NCBI GenBank assembly: GCA_020052095.1
Contig: JAGVPT010000185.1
Span: forward strand, 4,769 to 68,768
Origin: Bacteroidota bacterium
GTDB taxonomy: Bacteria > Bacteroidota > Ignavibacteria > UBA10030 > UBA8401
Direction: 5' to 3'
DNA length: 64,000 bases
A program made the position numbers and the translations under genes. Positions 1 to 9,884 of the stretch are shown in pieces. How positions within the stretch are numbered: position 1 is the stretch's first letter; each line of letters opens with the position of its first letter. The notes under the pieces are model-generated. The model saw only the letters and a list, made by a program, of their open reading frames with translations, was not told the DNA's origin and did no database searches.

Positions 1-1518
1 AAAGCCGCGAGATTCTCCACCAGTAGAGGCCATCGTCTGCGTCTTGAGATATTCGGGGCGCGTCGGAAAATTATCAACGTCCGCCGCAATTTTTCTGATA
101 TAGTCTACAACGAGCGATTGGCCTCCATAGTTTATTTTATCGGCGTCATCCGACGGCTTGTGGTAGTCGTCGTGAACGCCGGTGAAGAAGAAAAGAATCG
201 GCATATTCGCTCCATAGAATGATGCGTGGTCGCTCGGACCGAATCCATCCTTTACGGTTTTCAATACAAACGTCGAATCAGCGTTGTATTTCGAAAGGAG
301 GGAATCCCACTTGGACGACGTGCCTGTTCCCTGCACGGTCAACGTTCTGTCCTTCAGGCGTCCGACCATGTCGAGATTGATCATCATGATCGCATTTCCC
401 AATGACATCACGGGATGTTTCACGTAGTATTGCGAGCCGAGCAATCCTTCTTCTTCGCCGGAAAACGAGATGAACACCACGTTGCGTTTCAAAGACGTTT
501 TGCGCGACGAGAGCAAACGCGCAAGTTCAATTATGCCGCTCGTCCCCGAAGCGTTGTCATCGGCACCGTTATGGATTTCCACCTTGTCGGGTGCGAGTGA
601 GCCCTCGCCTCCAAAGCCGAGATGATCGTAATGGGCCCCGATGATCAAATGTTCCGCATTCGTCGTGTCCGCGACCCGAAGAAGTCCGATGACATTTGCC
701 GTTGTGTCTTTGAGTTCGATGATGTCGGAGGAGAGGGAAAGAGTGATGCCTGGGATTTCAAACGACGTCGGTTGTTTGGTGGCATTGATTCTTGACTGAA
801 GCGAGTCAAGATTTGTGCGTGATTGTTTGAGCCATCCATTGATGACGTTTCGCGTTACACTAAATACCGGAATTCCGCTGCTGCTGAAAGAATTGTCGTA
901 CCGCAATCTAATGAGTTGATCGGACGAGTCATCCGCAGAGCCGGTGACAACGATAAGAGCTTTGGCGCCTTTCTCCCGTGCTGTGAGGGTTTTGTACCGC
1001 AACGGCAAATATTTACTGAAATCTGAATGTGGATTATCTCCCGCAGGCGAGTAGCGCATCGCGATCACGATTTTATCTTTGACATCGACATTCTCATAGT
1101 CATCATATTTTAGGTCCATTGAGCTGATACCGTAGCCGGCGAAAACGATCGAGCCGGCAGCTTCAGCGTTTGACGAGAAGGCGAGGGGACGGAAATCTTT
1201 GTCCAGTTGGTACCACGTCTTGTTTTTTTCTTTGAGCGTCATCAGGGAGTTTTTCTCTCCGAGCTTCACGCCAGCCGTGAAGATAAAGGTCTGGAGATAA
1301 TTTCCGTTGTCGCCGACAGGAACCAGCCCACACGACGCAAATTGTTTCGCGATGTAATCGGCAGCCAGCTCTGCTCCTTTGCTCCCCGATTTTCTTCCTT
1401 CCATCCCATCGGATGCCAGGTATTCGATATGATGCCGCAGATACACAGAGGTCGAGTCGTCGAGGGCGAAGACTCTGCATGTGAGGAAAATGGTCAAGAC
1501 GGCAAAGACTTTTCTCAT
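1..1518 (-). CDS. M28-family Zn aminopeptidase with PA domain; partial, runs off the window start (C-terminus missing)
   Basis: ATG at 1518 on the minus strand gives MRKVFAVLTIFLTCRVFA (signal peptide). The frame is open for 506 codons to position 1, which is why the ORF track does not list it. M28 metal-ligand motifs are present: HYDHLGFG, GADDNASG, SGEEEGLLGS, DHASFY, HKPSDD. Confidence 0.75.
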   Translation of the reverse strand, partial: MRKVFAVLTIFLTCRVFALDDSTSVYLRHHIEYLASDGMEGRKSGSKGAELAADYIAKQFASCGLVPVGDNGNYLQTFIFTAGVKLGEKNSLMTLKEKNKTWYQLDKDFRPLAFSSNAEAAGSIVFAGYGISSMDLKYDDYENVDVKDKIVIAMRYSPAGDNPHSDFSKYLPLRYKTLTAREKGAKALIVVTGSADDSSDQLIRLRYDNSFSSSGIPVFSVTRNVINGWLKQSRTNLDSLQSRINATKQPTSFEIPGITLSLSSDIIELKDTTANVIGLLRVADTTNAEHLIIGAHYDHLGFGGEGSLAPDKVEIHNGADDNASGTSGIIELARLLSSRKTSLKRNVVFISFSGEEEGLLGSQYYVKHPVMSLGNAIMMINLDMVGRLKDRTLTVQGTGTSSKWDSLLSKYNADSTFVLKTVKDGFGPSDHASFYGANMPILFFFTGVHDDYHKPSDDADKINYGGQSLVVDYIRKIAADVDNFPTRPEYLKTQTMASTGGESRGF

Positions 1519-1522
1519 AAAC

Positions 1523-2290
1523 TCAGCCTTTCGTAAAGTGTTGTGCGTCGAATGATTTTCCCGTGACGTGTTTTGATTCGTCCGAGGCGAGATAAACAAA
1601 AACGTCCAGGATCTCCTCTGGCTTGCGCAGGTCGCGCTGGTCTTCCTGCGGATACGCTTGGTGTCTCATCTCTGTTGCAACTGCGCCCGGGCTCACCGAA
1701 TTTACTCGAATGCCTTTCGAGCGAAGCTCTATTGACAACGCCTGCGAAAATCCTTCCGCGGCAAATTTCGAAACCCCGTACGCCCCCCAATTGGGCTGCG
1801 CAATTTTGCCGACTGATGACGATACGTTAATGATGGATCCTCCGGCGGGAGCGAAGAAGGGGAGAGCGTTCCTCGTCATATAAAAAAGGCCGTTCAGGTT
1901 TACGGAAAGCACTTTCGTCCATTCCTGCGACAAATATCCTGAGAGCGGAACGCGTGGGCCGAGAATGCCAGCATTGTTCACGAGGATGTCTATCGGTCCG
2001 AAGTTCGATGAACATAAGGCAAGGAAATCCCGCACTTGTCCCTCGTCGGAAATATCTGTCTGTTCGAAGAATGACTTTCCGCCTGAAGACATGATCTCCA
2101 GGCTCGCCGTGCGTAACTGGTCGACATGGCGTGCGCACATACAAACAACAGCCCCTTCCGACGCGAATCGCTTCGAAAGGGCTTTGCCGATCCCTCGCGA
2201 TGCTCCGCTGATGACCGCAACTTTGTTGGTGAGCTTCAAGCTATTTCCAGTCTGCGACAAAAATATTGAACTCTCTCCGCTGCGTTGCAT
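1523..2290 (-). CDS. Short-chain dehydrogenase/reductase (SDR) family oxidoreductase
   Basis: Glycine-rich Rossmann motif KVAVISGASRGIGKA, NNAG, and the catalytic S...YxxxK (YGVSKFA). The listed ORF extends to 2395, but alignment of the TGxxxGIG motif favours an internal ATG at 2290 (MQRSGE...). Alternative starts are 2323 and 2395. Confidence 0.7.
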   Translation of the reverse strand: MQRSGESSIFLSQTGNSLKLTNKVAVISGASRGIGKALSKRFASEGAVVCMCARHVDQLRTASLEIMSSGGKSFFEQTDISDEGQVRDFLALCSSNFGPIDILVNNAGILGPRVPLSGYLSQEWTKVLSVNLNGLFYMTRNALPFFAPAGGSIINVSSSVGKIAQPNWGAYGVSKFAAEGFSQALSIELRSKGIRVNSVSPGAVATEMRHQAYPQEDQRDLRKPEEILDVFVYLASDESKHVTGKSFDAQHFTKG

Positions 2291-3251
2291 TGCGTCCGGA
2301 GGCGAAGACGAGCTTTTTTCCATCAGGACTGAACATCGGGAAACCGTCGAATGACTCGGAATATGTGACCTGCTCGAGATTCTTTCCGTCGACATCGATC
2401 AGGAAGACGTCAAAATTCCAGCCCTTGCTATCGTAAACGTTTGAGGAGAAAATTATTCGCATTCCATCGAGGGTAAAAAAAGGGGCGAAATTCGCAGCGC
2501 CGTTGTGCGTGATCTGTCGTTTATTTGAGCCTTCCGCATTCATCACGAAGATCTCCATGTTCGTAGGCTTGACCAATTGTTGGGCAAGCAATTCCTCTCC
2601 CTCTTTCCGGTCTTCCGGTCTCGTCGGGTGATGCGCGCGGTAGACAATTTGCTTCCCGTTGGGCGAGTAGAAGGCGCCGCCGTCGTAGCCTTTATCGAAG
2701 GTAAGCCTCTTTTGGTTCGTGCCATCGATGTTCATCGTATAGATCTCCAGATCTCCGTCCCTTGCGGAGGTGAACACGATCGATTTGCCGTCCGGCGAGA
2801 TTGTTCCCTCGGCGTCGTAGCCATCCGTGTCGGTAAGGCGCCGAAGGTCTGAGCCGTCTGCATTTGCGGAGAAAATGTCATAACTCTTGTAGACCGCCCA
2901 GACATAGCCTTTCGATCGGTCGGCGTCAGAAAGACAATCGCTGCTTCCCAAATGAGTCGATGCGTAAATAATCCGCTTGCCGTCTGGGAAGAAATATCCG
3001 CAAGTTGTTCTGCCAGTTCCTGTGCTTACTAGCGTGTCCCCAGTTCCGTCAACATTCATTGTAAAAATTCTGTCGCACCTATAGCCGCCTTTGGCTGATT
3101 GATAGATGAGCTTCGTTCCGTCGAAAGAAAAATAGGCCTCGGCGTTCAAGCCGCCAAAGGTGATCTGTTTGACATTCGTCAGATGTGTTTCCTTTTCGAC
3201 CTGTGAAAGTAGGACTGACGGAAGGAGAAGGAGGAACAGGCAGCGTTTCAT
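2241..3251 (-). CDS. TolB-like periplasmic beta-propeller (WD40/PD40 repeat) protein with signal peptide
   Basis: N-terminal MKRCLFLLLLPSVLLSQ signal peptide. Repeated SPDGK/FSPDGK, YSPNGK and 'DG...IYTMN' PD40-type blades. Confidence 0.65.
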   Translation of the reverse strand: MKRCLFLLLLPSVLLSQVEKETHLTNVKQITFGGLNAEAYFSFDGTKLIYQSAKGGYRCDRIFTMNVDGTGDTLVSTGTGRTTCGYFFPDGKRIIYASTHLGSSDCLSDADRSKGYVWAVYKSYDIFSANADGSDLRRLTDTDGYDAEGTISPDGKSIVFTSARDGDLEIYTMNIDGTNQKRLTFDKGYDGGAFYSPNGKQIVYRAHHPTRPEDRKEGEELLAQQLVKPTNMEIFVMNAEGSNKRQITHNGAANFAPFFTLDGMRIIFSSNVYDSKGWNFDVFLIDVDGKNLEQVTYSESFDGFPMFSPDGKKLVFASGRNATQRREFNIFVADWK

Positions 3252-3450
3252 CGGGAAGATCCTCTATATAGTGACCTGGAACATGATTAGGACGAGAGAT
3301 TTTTTTCAACACGGCAAAGAATCTGCTGATGGTGAGTCGAGAACTGACTAATGATACGAGTTGTCGTTGACATATTCAACATTTACATCGTATCGTGTAT
3401 ACATTCGTTGAAAAGAATTCTTTAATTGCATTGCAAGAACAATTTTCTTA

Positions 3451-3479
3451 TTGACAAACGTAACATATTTTGCTATATT
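3451..3479 (+). promoter_or_regulatory. Candidate sigma70-type promoter for the ferredoxin-Rieske-cyt b operon
   Basis: TTGACA (3451-3456), 17-nt spacer, TATATT (3474-3479), in an AT-rich intergenic region about 110 nt upstream of the 3592 ATG. Confidence 0.35.
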
Positions 3480-3591
3480 TTTTGCACAAAGTTGATGCAC
3501 CATACAGTGGGATGAGAAAAAGCCTTGATGGATTGCCGAACATCGAGGTCCTTGATACTACACCCAGAAAAATTCTACGATTCTCCATAGT

Positions 3592-3906
3592 ATGTCTGAA
3601 AACGTAACTGCCTTGCCAAAGGTCGCGACGCCGAAGAAGAAGAAAAAGTCGCCACTGGTAGCGATTGTCCATCCGGAAGGATGCACAGGCTGTGAAGTTT
3701 GCATCGAATTTTGTCCTGTCGATTGTCTCTACAAAGTACCCGGCCCCGAAAATCCTGGTGAACATTACAGCAATAATGTCAACGGAATCGTTATCGTTGA
3801 CGAAGAGGTTTGCATCGGCTGCAAACTCTGCGCAAAGTATTGTCCATGGGAAGTGATTGATATGGTTAAGCGCGAAGAAGATACCGCTGTTGCCGCAGCG
3901 GCATAA
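3592..3906 (+). CDS. 2[4Fe-4S] ferredoxin-type protein with Lys-rich N-terminus
   Basis: Two CxxCxxCxxxCP motifs (CTGCEVCIEFCP and CIGCKLCAKYCP) in 104 aa, with a KKKKK stretch near the N-terminus. Confidence 0.75.
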   Translation: MSENVTALPKVATPKKKKKSPLVAIVHPEGCTGCEVCIEFCPVDCLYKVPGPENPGEHYSNNVNGIVIVDEEVCIGCKLCAKYCPWEVIDMVKREEDTAVAAAA

Positions 3907-3972
3907 TTGTTTTTCTTCTTCAAACCCTGAATATCTATTCTACTGAATTTTCATTTTGTCAGAAAGAGTCAG

Positions 3973-4605
3973 TTGATGGCTGATGATATAACCTCTTCTT
4001 CACAGACAGTACCGCCACAGCGACCGCAGGCGTTATCGCAAGAATCACAGATTTCCGCGACACCGATTCCGAAAAAACCCAAACAGGATCGCGCGCCCGA
4101 AAACGACCCCGGCATCTGGAGGATGGGACGGAAGAGCTTTCTCTCTTTCGCAGGGTGGCTTTCGTTTCTCGGTTTCATCGGAATTTCCACAGTTGGTGCG
4201 CTTCGATTCATGTTTCCTCGAGTCCTTTTTGAGCCGCCGAGCAAGTTCAAGGCGGGACTCCCCGGCGACTACGTTATTGGCGAGGTTAATGAAAAATACA
4301 CGGAAGAGCAGCGTATTTGGATAGTGCGCGAGCGAGAGGGTTTCTACGCGCTCATCGCTATTTGCACGCATTTGGGATGCACCCCTCGCTGGCTGACTGC
4401 CGAGAATAAATTCAAGTGTCCTTGCCACGGAAGCGGATATTACAAGGACGGGGTAAATTTTGAAGGGCCGACGCCACGGCCATTGGAGCGCGCGCAAATC
4501 ACGGTGAACGACGACGGAGAAATTGTAATTGATAAGAGCATCAAGTTTCGGTATGAGCTTGGCGAATGGGGAAAAGCGGGATCGTTTCTGAAATATGTCG
4601 GTTGA
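3973..4605 (+). CDS. Rieske [2Fe-2S] iron-sulfur subunit of a cytochrome bc-type complex
   Basis: N-terminal TM helix (FLSFAGWLSFLGFIGISTVGA). Rieske box I CTHLGC and box II CPCHGSGY. Confidence 0.85.
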   Translation: MMADDITSSSQTVPPQRPQALSQESQISATPIPKKPKQDRAPENDPGIWRMGRKSFLSFAGWLSFLGFIGISTVGALRFMFPRVLFEPPSKFKAGLPGDYVIGEVNEKYTEEQRIWIVREREGFYALIAICTHLGCTPRWLTAENKFKCPCHGSGYYKDGVNFEGPTPRPLERAQITVNDDGEIVIDKSIKFRYELGEWGKAGSFLKYVG

Positions 4606-4628
4606 TTTTTTTTTGAAAGGATAGTCTC

Positions 4629-5408
4629 ATGATAAGTCCGATGGAGAAACTTCGGAAGACGGAAGTGTACAAGTCCATCTTTCGACATAAGTATGAGGAC
4701 ACGCCTCGAAATCGGGCACTCCAGATTGTCGACAACGTCTTCCTTCATCTTCATCCGGTGCGGGTTCCGCGTCATGCGACAAATATTGGATACACGTGGG
4801 GGATGGGAGGCATCACGTTTCTTCTTTTTCTCGTCCTGACGTTGACGGGCGTGATTCTGATGTTCTATTATCGGCCGACGGCGCAGTATGCGTACGAAGA
4901 TATGAAGTACTTGATGCATGATGTTCCGTTCGGTCCGCTCATCCGGAATATGCATCGCTGGGGGGCTCATGCAATGGTTATAACGGTTATGCTCCACATG
5001 TTTCGCGTTTTCCTCACCGGTTCATACAAGCCGCCGCGCCAATTCAACTGGGTCGTTGGTGTCGTTCTGCTTCTGCTGACTTTTCTTCTCAGCTTTTCGG
5101 GTTATTTGTTACCCTGGGATCAATTATCGATCTGGGCCGTCACGGTCGGAACAAACATGGCGCGCGCAACGCCGTTACTTGGGCATGAAGGTCCATTCGG
5201 ACCTCAACTAGGCATGCGCCCGGATGCTGACGTTCGTTTCGTCTTGCTGGGAGGAACACAAGTCGGCCCGCCGACATTGCTGCGATTCTATGTCGGTCAT
5301 TGCATCTTTCTTCCGCTCATCGCAACGATTTTTATGGTGGTGCATTTTTGGCGCATCCGAAAAGACGGAGGGATCTCTGGACCGGACACGGGCAAGAAGA
5401 ACTTTTAA
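4629..5408 (+). CDS. Cytochrome b (b6-like N-terminal half, 4 TM)
   Basis: Cyt b/b6 N-terminal signature ([46 protein letters not shown]); 259 aa. Confidence 0.85.
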   Translation: MISPMEKLRKTEVYKSIFRHKYEDTPRNRALQIVDNVFLHLHPVRVPRHATNIGYTWGMGGITFLLFLVLTLTGVILMFYYRPTAQYAYEDMKYLMHDVPFGPLIRNMHRWGAHAMVITVMLHMFRVFLTGSYKPPRQFNWVVGVVLLLLTFLLSFSGYLLPWDQLSIWAVTVGTNMARATPLLGHEGPFGPQLGMRPDADVRFVLLGGTQVGPPTLLRFYVGHCIFLPLIATIFMVVHFWRIRKDGGISGPDTGKKNF

Positions 5409-5432
5409 TCCACTAGTCAACACCAAGAACTC

Positions 5433-6338
5433 ATGAACCATCTTTTAGAATTGGTAACGAAGCCGGACAATATTCCGATTGTCGGATTATTGCTGCTCGT
5501 AATTTTCTATTCGTGGCTTGCGTGGACGAAGGCGAGGAAGAACGACTCTCAACAGCTTCCAGACGAGGCACGGCTCGACGACAAAGTGCAAGTATGGCCG
5601 TACCTAGTTCGCGTTGAGTTCCTTGCGATGCTCGTCGTGCTCCTCATACTCGTCGTCTGGTCGGTGTTCATCAACGCGCCCCTGGAAGAACCGGCCAATC
5701 CGGCTCTGACACCAAATCCCTCGAAAGCACCATGGTATTTTTTGGGATTGCAGGAGTTGCTCGTCTATTTCGATCCATGGATTGCCGGCGTCGTGCTCCC
5801 CTCTATTATTATTGTCGGCTTAATGATCATCCCCTATGTGGATATCAACGAAAAAGGAAATGGGTACTACACATTCAAGGAGAGAAAGTTTTCGATACTG
5901 ACATTTTGTTTTGGATTTCTAATCCTGTGGGTTTCGTTGATCGTGCTCGGAACATTCATGCGGGGGCCTGGTTGGAATTTCTTCCTGCCCTGGCAAGATT
6001 GGGACACTCATAAAGTTGTCGTCTTGAACAACGTTGACCTATCCGAATATTTCGGGATGCCTTCTCACTTTCCGGATAACAGTCTCAACATTGCGGCATC
6101 AGCGTTTGGATTTCTGGTTATTGCTGCATTCTATCTCTCCCTTGGTGGCTGGCATTACATGAAATACAAGAACTCCGACGTTGTAAAGAAGCTCGGACTC
6201 GGACGCTACGCCCTCGTCCTTGGCCTTTTTCTGACGATGATGTTTGTTGTTTTGAAAATATTATTGCGTCTCGCTCCTCCGATTTTCGGAGGTTACCCGG
6301 TGAAATATATTTGGGTAACTCCGTGGTTTAATGTGTAA
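5433..6338 (+). CDS. Cytochrome bc-complex subunit IV-like (cytochrome b C-terminal half, extended)
   Basis: PEWY-region equivalent APWYFLGLQELLVYFDPW; multiple TM helices; follows the cyt b6-like gene after a 24-nt gap. Confidence 0.75.
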   Translation: MNHLLELVTKPDNIPIVGLLLLVIFYSWLAWTKARKNDSQQLPDEARLDDKVQVWPYLVRVEFLAMLVVLLILVVWSVFINAPLEEPANPALTPNPSKAPWYFLGLQELLVYFDPWIAGVVLPSIIIVGLMIIPYVDINEKGNGYYTFKERKFSILTFCFGFLILWVSLIVLGTFMRGPGWNFFLPWQDWDTHKVVVLNNVDLSEYFGMPSHFPDNSLNIAASAFGFLVIAAFYLSLGGWHYMKYKNSDVVKKLGLGRYALVLGLFLTMMFVVLKILLRLAPPIFGGYPVKYIWVTPWFNV

Positions 6339-6400
6339 GGACACCTCCGTGAGGTGTCCCTACGAAATTGTTTTCTTAATCCCCTAAGGAGTTCCGGTCA

Positions 6401-8962
6401 ATGTTGCAGAAGCGAGCAGAGACCCCCATTGAAAATAGAAACTACTCGAAGTTCTATCTGATCTTCAGCGGTTTATTGTTTCTTTCGACTCTGTGGGCTG
6501 TGGTCGATGAAGTTGCAGTCCGCCGGCCATGGAAAACGTACCAGGGCGAGTATTACTCCTTAAGCGCGGAAAAAATCCGCGAACAGTACAGAGAGGCCAT
6601 GGCAGCGGTTGACAGTAGTGCAGCCGCTGAGTTGTCAAGCCAACTTGCCGAAGCGAACCAGAGGCTCGAGAGCAAAGAGTATAAAGACGCTGTGAAGAAG
6701 GCTGATGATCTTCAACTCGCGCTTGCGAATGCGACGCGCCGATGGAGCTTTGCGCGCAGCAATTCAGACGCGGCATACTACGAGTACAAGACAACGGTGC
6801 ATGAGGGACATCCGAGCGAGAATTTGAAAAAGAAATTGGATGACCTCGATAATGAAATCGCCGGATATGCAAAGGAGATGGCAGACATTAGTACACAGCT
6901 CCAGTTCGTGAACGCGATCCTCGGCGGTTATAAAAACACAGCGGATAGTCTTGACGTTGCCCTGAAGGCATTGTACGCCGATGCGCACAAACTTAAATCG
7001 AAGTTTGAAGGGATCAAGAAAAGTTCGATCGATATCCGTCAAGTCCTGTTGAACGATTTCGACAAGTCGAATTTCGGAGAAGTCAAGGCGCGCGTCGACC
7101 GATGCCAGACGTGTCATCTCGGTTACAGCGACAAAAACATGTCCGACGCACCGCAGCCGTTCACGACCCACTCGAATCCTGAATTGCTGACGATCCACAA
7201 TCCGGAAAAATTCGGATGCACGCCGTGCCATCGCGGGCAGGGGCATGCGTTGACCGCCGGTAACGCACATGGCGATACAGACCATTATTGGGAAACTCCG
7301 GTCCTTCGGGGCAAAGATGTATACGCATCGTGCAATACGTGCCATTCGATGCGTCAGGCACTGAAAGGTGTCCCGTATTTTTCGAAAGCAAAGCAGACTC
7401 TGCTCGAATCCGGATGTTACGGGTGTCATGAGATAAACGGATTTACAAACCTCCCGAAGATCGGACCTCAGCTCAACACTCTTCCTGCAAAAGTAAAACC
7501 GGAGTGGGTCTATCGTTGGATGCGTAATCCGAAAGAATACAATCCTCGTACGCGCATGCCGAACTTCAGGCTGAGCGAAGAAGAGTCCGAAGCAATCACG
7601 GCATATTTGTTCAGCATCGGGCAAGAGAGCAGTTTCAAATTGGATCGGCCGAAGGGATCATATGCGGGCGGTTCGGCTTCGCGGGGCAGAGAGATTTTTG
7701 AGCTTGTAGGATGCAAAGGATGCCATGTCGTGGGCGACGATGAACGGGTTCGCAACGCTCGTGCGTCGAGCTATGATATTGCTCCCGAGCTGACTCATGC
7801 AGCCGGAAAATTAAATCCTGATTGGATTATTGATTGGATTAAGAATCCTCGTCACTATAATCCTACGACAAAAATGCCGAGCCTTCGTCTCACCGATCAG
7901 GAAGCCCGCGACATCGCAGCATTCGTCATGACGATGCGGGATGACCGGCCCAAAGAGACCTTCACCGGAGACATCGCCTCACACGAGAAGATCGCGCGGG
8001 GAGCAAAAGTGATCCGGGAGTATGGATGCTTCGGTTGTCATGAGATCAAAGGGATGGAGAACGAAAGCAAAGTGAGCGTTAATCTTTCTGATTTTGGCAG
8101 AAAGAAAGTGGAGCAGATGGATTTCGGCGACACTAAAGTGCACCACACCTGGTACGATTGGGTCGGGAACAAGCTGAAGAATTCCCGCGTGTTCCAGACG
8201 GAGCGCATCGTGCAAAAGATGGCGGTGTTTGCTTTTTCGGATGAAGAAGTCAGCCAGCTGAGAATGTTACTGATGAGCTTCCGCGTCGACAATCCCCAGC
8301 CGAAGTATCAGGAACTCGTCACACAACGGTTAACGGACATTGACGCTGGCCAGAAGCTGACGATCCGATACGGTTGCATCAACTGTCATCAGCTCGAGGA
8401 GCGGGGAAGTTACTTCGGTGCACTTCTCGATGAACCGGCGAAGGGTCCGCCGATGATCACCATTGAGGGAGCAAAAGTACAGGAGCCCTGGCTCCAGGGA
8501 TTTCTGAAATCGCCGTCGCCCATCCGCCCGTGGCTGAAAGTTCGGATGCCGACATTTTCGCTGACGGAAGATGAAATCAACACCGTGACAAAATATTTTC
8601 TCGGTTTATCGAAAATGAATCTCGAATTGCGCGATTACGCCGCGTTTACTCCGGATCCGCATCTGTTGCCGGATGGGAAAAAACTGTTCACCGAGTTTCA
8701 GTGCATCAAATGTCATCAACTCGGCGGCGCGGAGATCGACCCGGCGAGCGTCGGTCCGAATCTTGAACTTGCGCGAGGCCGATTGAAACCGGAATGGGTA
8801 GTTTCGTGGCTCAAAAACCCCGAAGCAATCCAACCGGGTACCATGATGCCGGGGTATTTTCCCGACGGACAATCGCCGATGCCCGACGTCATGCATGGAG
8901 ATGCGAAGTTGCAGATGGAAGCAATTCGGGATCATCTGTTTACGCTCGGAAAGAAGAAATGA
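6401..8962 (+). CDS. Membrane-anchored octaheme c-type cytochrome (putative cyt c subunit/electron outlet of the bc-type complex)
   Basis: Eight CxxCH motifs: CQTCH, CTPCH, CNTCH, CYGCH, CKGCH, CFGCH, CINCH, CIKCH. N-terminal TM helix and a coiled-coil-like segment. Several class-I-like modules carry NP..YNP...MP Met-ligand signatures. Confidence 0.8.
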   Translation: MLQKRAETPIENRNYSKFYLIFSGLLFLSTLWAVVDEVAVRRPWKTYQGEYYSLSAEKIREQYREAMAAVDSSAAAELSSQLAEANQRLESKEYKDAVKKADDLQLALANATRRWSFARSNSDAAYYEYKTTVHEGHPSENLKKKLDDLDNEIAGYAKEMADISTQLQFVNAILGGYKNTADSLDVALKALYADAHKLKSKFEGIKKSSIDIRQVLLNDFDKSNFGEVKARVDRCQTCHLGYSDKNMSDAPQPFTTHSNPELLTIHNPEKFGCTPCHRGQGHALTAGNAHGDTDHYWETPVLRGKDVYASCNTCHSMRQALKGVPYFSKAKQTLLESGCYGCHEINGFTNLPKIGPQLNTLPAKVKPEWVYRWMRNPKEYNPRTRMPNFRLSEEESEAITAYLFSIGQESSFKLDRPKGSYAGGSASRGREIFELVGCKGCHVVGDDERVRNARASSYDIAPELTHAAGKLNPDWIIDWIKNPRHYNPTTKMPSLRLTDQEARDIAAFVMTMRDDRPKETFTGDIASHEKIARGAKVIREYGCFGCHEIKGMENESKVSVNLSDFGRKKVEQMDFGDTKVHHTWYDWVGNKLKNSRVFQTERIVQKMAVFAFSDEEVSQLRMLLMSFRVDNPQPKYQELVTQRLTDIDAGQKLTIRYGCINCHQLEERGSYFGALLDEPAKGPPMITIEGAKVQEPWLQGFLKSPSPIRPWLKVRMPTFSLTEDEINTVTKYFLGLSKMNLELRDYAAFTPDPHLLPDGKKLFTEFQCIKCHQLGGAEIDPASVGPNLELARGRLKPEWVVSWLKNPEAIQPGTMMPGYFPDGQSPMPDVMHGDAKLQMEAIRDHLFTLGKKK

Positions 8963-9090
8963 TTTACACCCTTTGTGTCGTTGGCGTCCATTGCGGTTAG
9001 TCTTTAGTCAAATCAACGTGGAAACCGCCAAGGACGCAAAGAGAACAACAAGGAATTTCAAATTCACATTTTTAACAACAAGGAGTAACA

Positions 9091-9789
9091 ATGAAGATAT
9101 TTAATAGCGCGTTGATGTCATTTGCAGTGTTATCCATTAGTACAGTGACAATGTACGCTGGAGATATAGCCGGAAAGATTTCTTTCGATGGGAAGGCGCC
9201 CGCAGTTTCGCAGATCAAAATGAATGCGGATAAACAATGCTTGTCCATGCACCCAAATCCAGTCAACTCGGAAGAAGTTGTCGTCAATGGAAACGGCACG
9301 CTGAAAAACGTCTTTGTGTACGTGAAGGACGGATTGAACAAGAAGTTCGACGTGCCGACGACTCCGGTCGTTCTCGACCAGCATGGCTGCCAGTACACGC
9401 CTCACGTGTTCGGCGTACAGGCCGGACAGTCAATCGAAATTCGCAACAGCGACCCGCTGCTCCACAATATTCACGCCCTGCCGAAGAACAGCCCGCAGTT
9501 CAACAATGCGCAGCCGTTGAAGGGCATGAAGATGACGAAGAAGTTCGACAAGCCGGAGATCATGGTAAAGTTCAAGTGTGAAGTCCACAACTGGATGAAT
9601 TGTTACGCGGGCGTAGTGGATAATCCGTTCTACGCAGTCTCCGACGACAAAGGAACATTCACGATCAAGGGACTTCCGGCAGGAACATATACTGTCGAAG
9701 CATGGCACGAAAAGTACGGAACACAGCAATTGAAAGTTACTGTGAGCGATAAGGGCGCGGCAGCAGATTTCAAATACGCAGGCAAGTAA
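9091..9789 (+). CDS. Secreted cupredoxin-like (type-1 copper) protein, candidate electron carrier to the oxidase
   Basis: Signal peptide MKIFNSALMSFAVLSISTVTMYA. Plastocyanin/amicyanin-like ligand pattern: His in TPHVF and a C-terminal CEVHNWM (CxxHxxM). Confidence 0.5.
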   Translation: MKIFNSALMSFAVLSISTVTMYAGDIAGKISFDGKAPAVSQIKMNADKQCLSMHPNPVNSEEVVVNGNGTLKNVFVYVKDGLNKKFDVPTTPVVLDQHGCQYTPHVFGVQAGQSIEIRNSDPLLHNIHALPKNSPQFNNAQPLKGMKMTKKFDKPEIMVKFKCEVHNWMNCYAGVVDNPFYAVSDDKGTFTIKGLPAGTYTVEAWHEKYGTQQLKVTVSDKGAAADFKYAGK

Positions 9790-9884
9790 TTGAGATGGTG
9801 GATCGACTACGGTCCATCTCAAACAGAACTCACGTGTCATTCGGCTCACTCTAATCATCATACAGTAACCAAAAGGAAGTCACA

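Noticed and set aside
6764-7624. 286-aa ORF on the minus strand inside the octaheme cytochrome gene (other long antisense ORFs at 4440-4997, 49902-50624, 54896-55549 and 56175-57452)
   Set aside because: These lie entirely antisense to strongly supported conserved genes (cyt c, Rieske/cyt b, pnp, infB, nusA). They have low-complexity, Arg/Ser/Phe-rich translations with no motifs, typical of shadow ORFs.
9792-9820. Hairpin GAGATGG-N15-CCATCTC between the cupredoxin gene and ctaD, considered as a terminator
   Set aside because: No downstream U-run and a long loop; more likely incidental or a weak attenuator. Not called.
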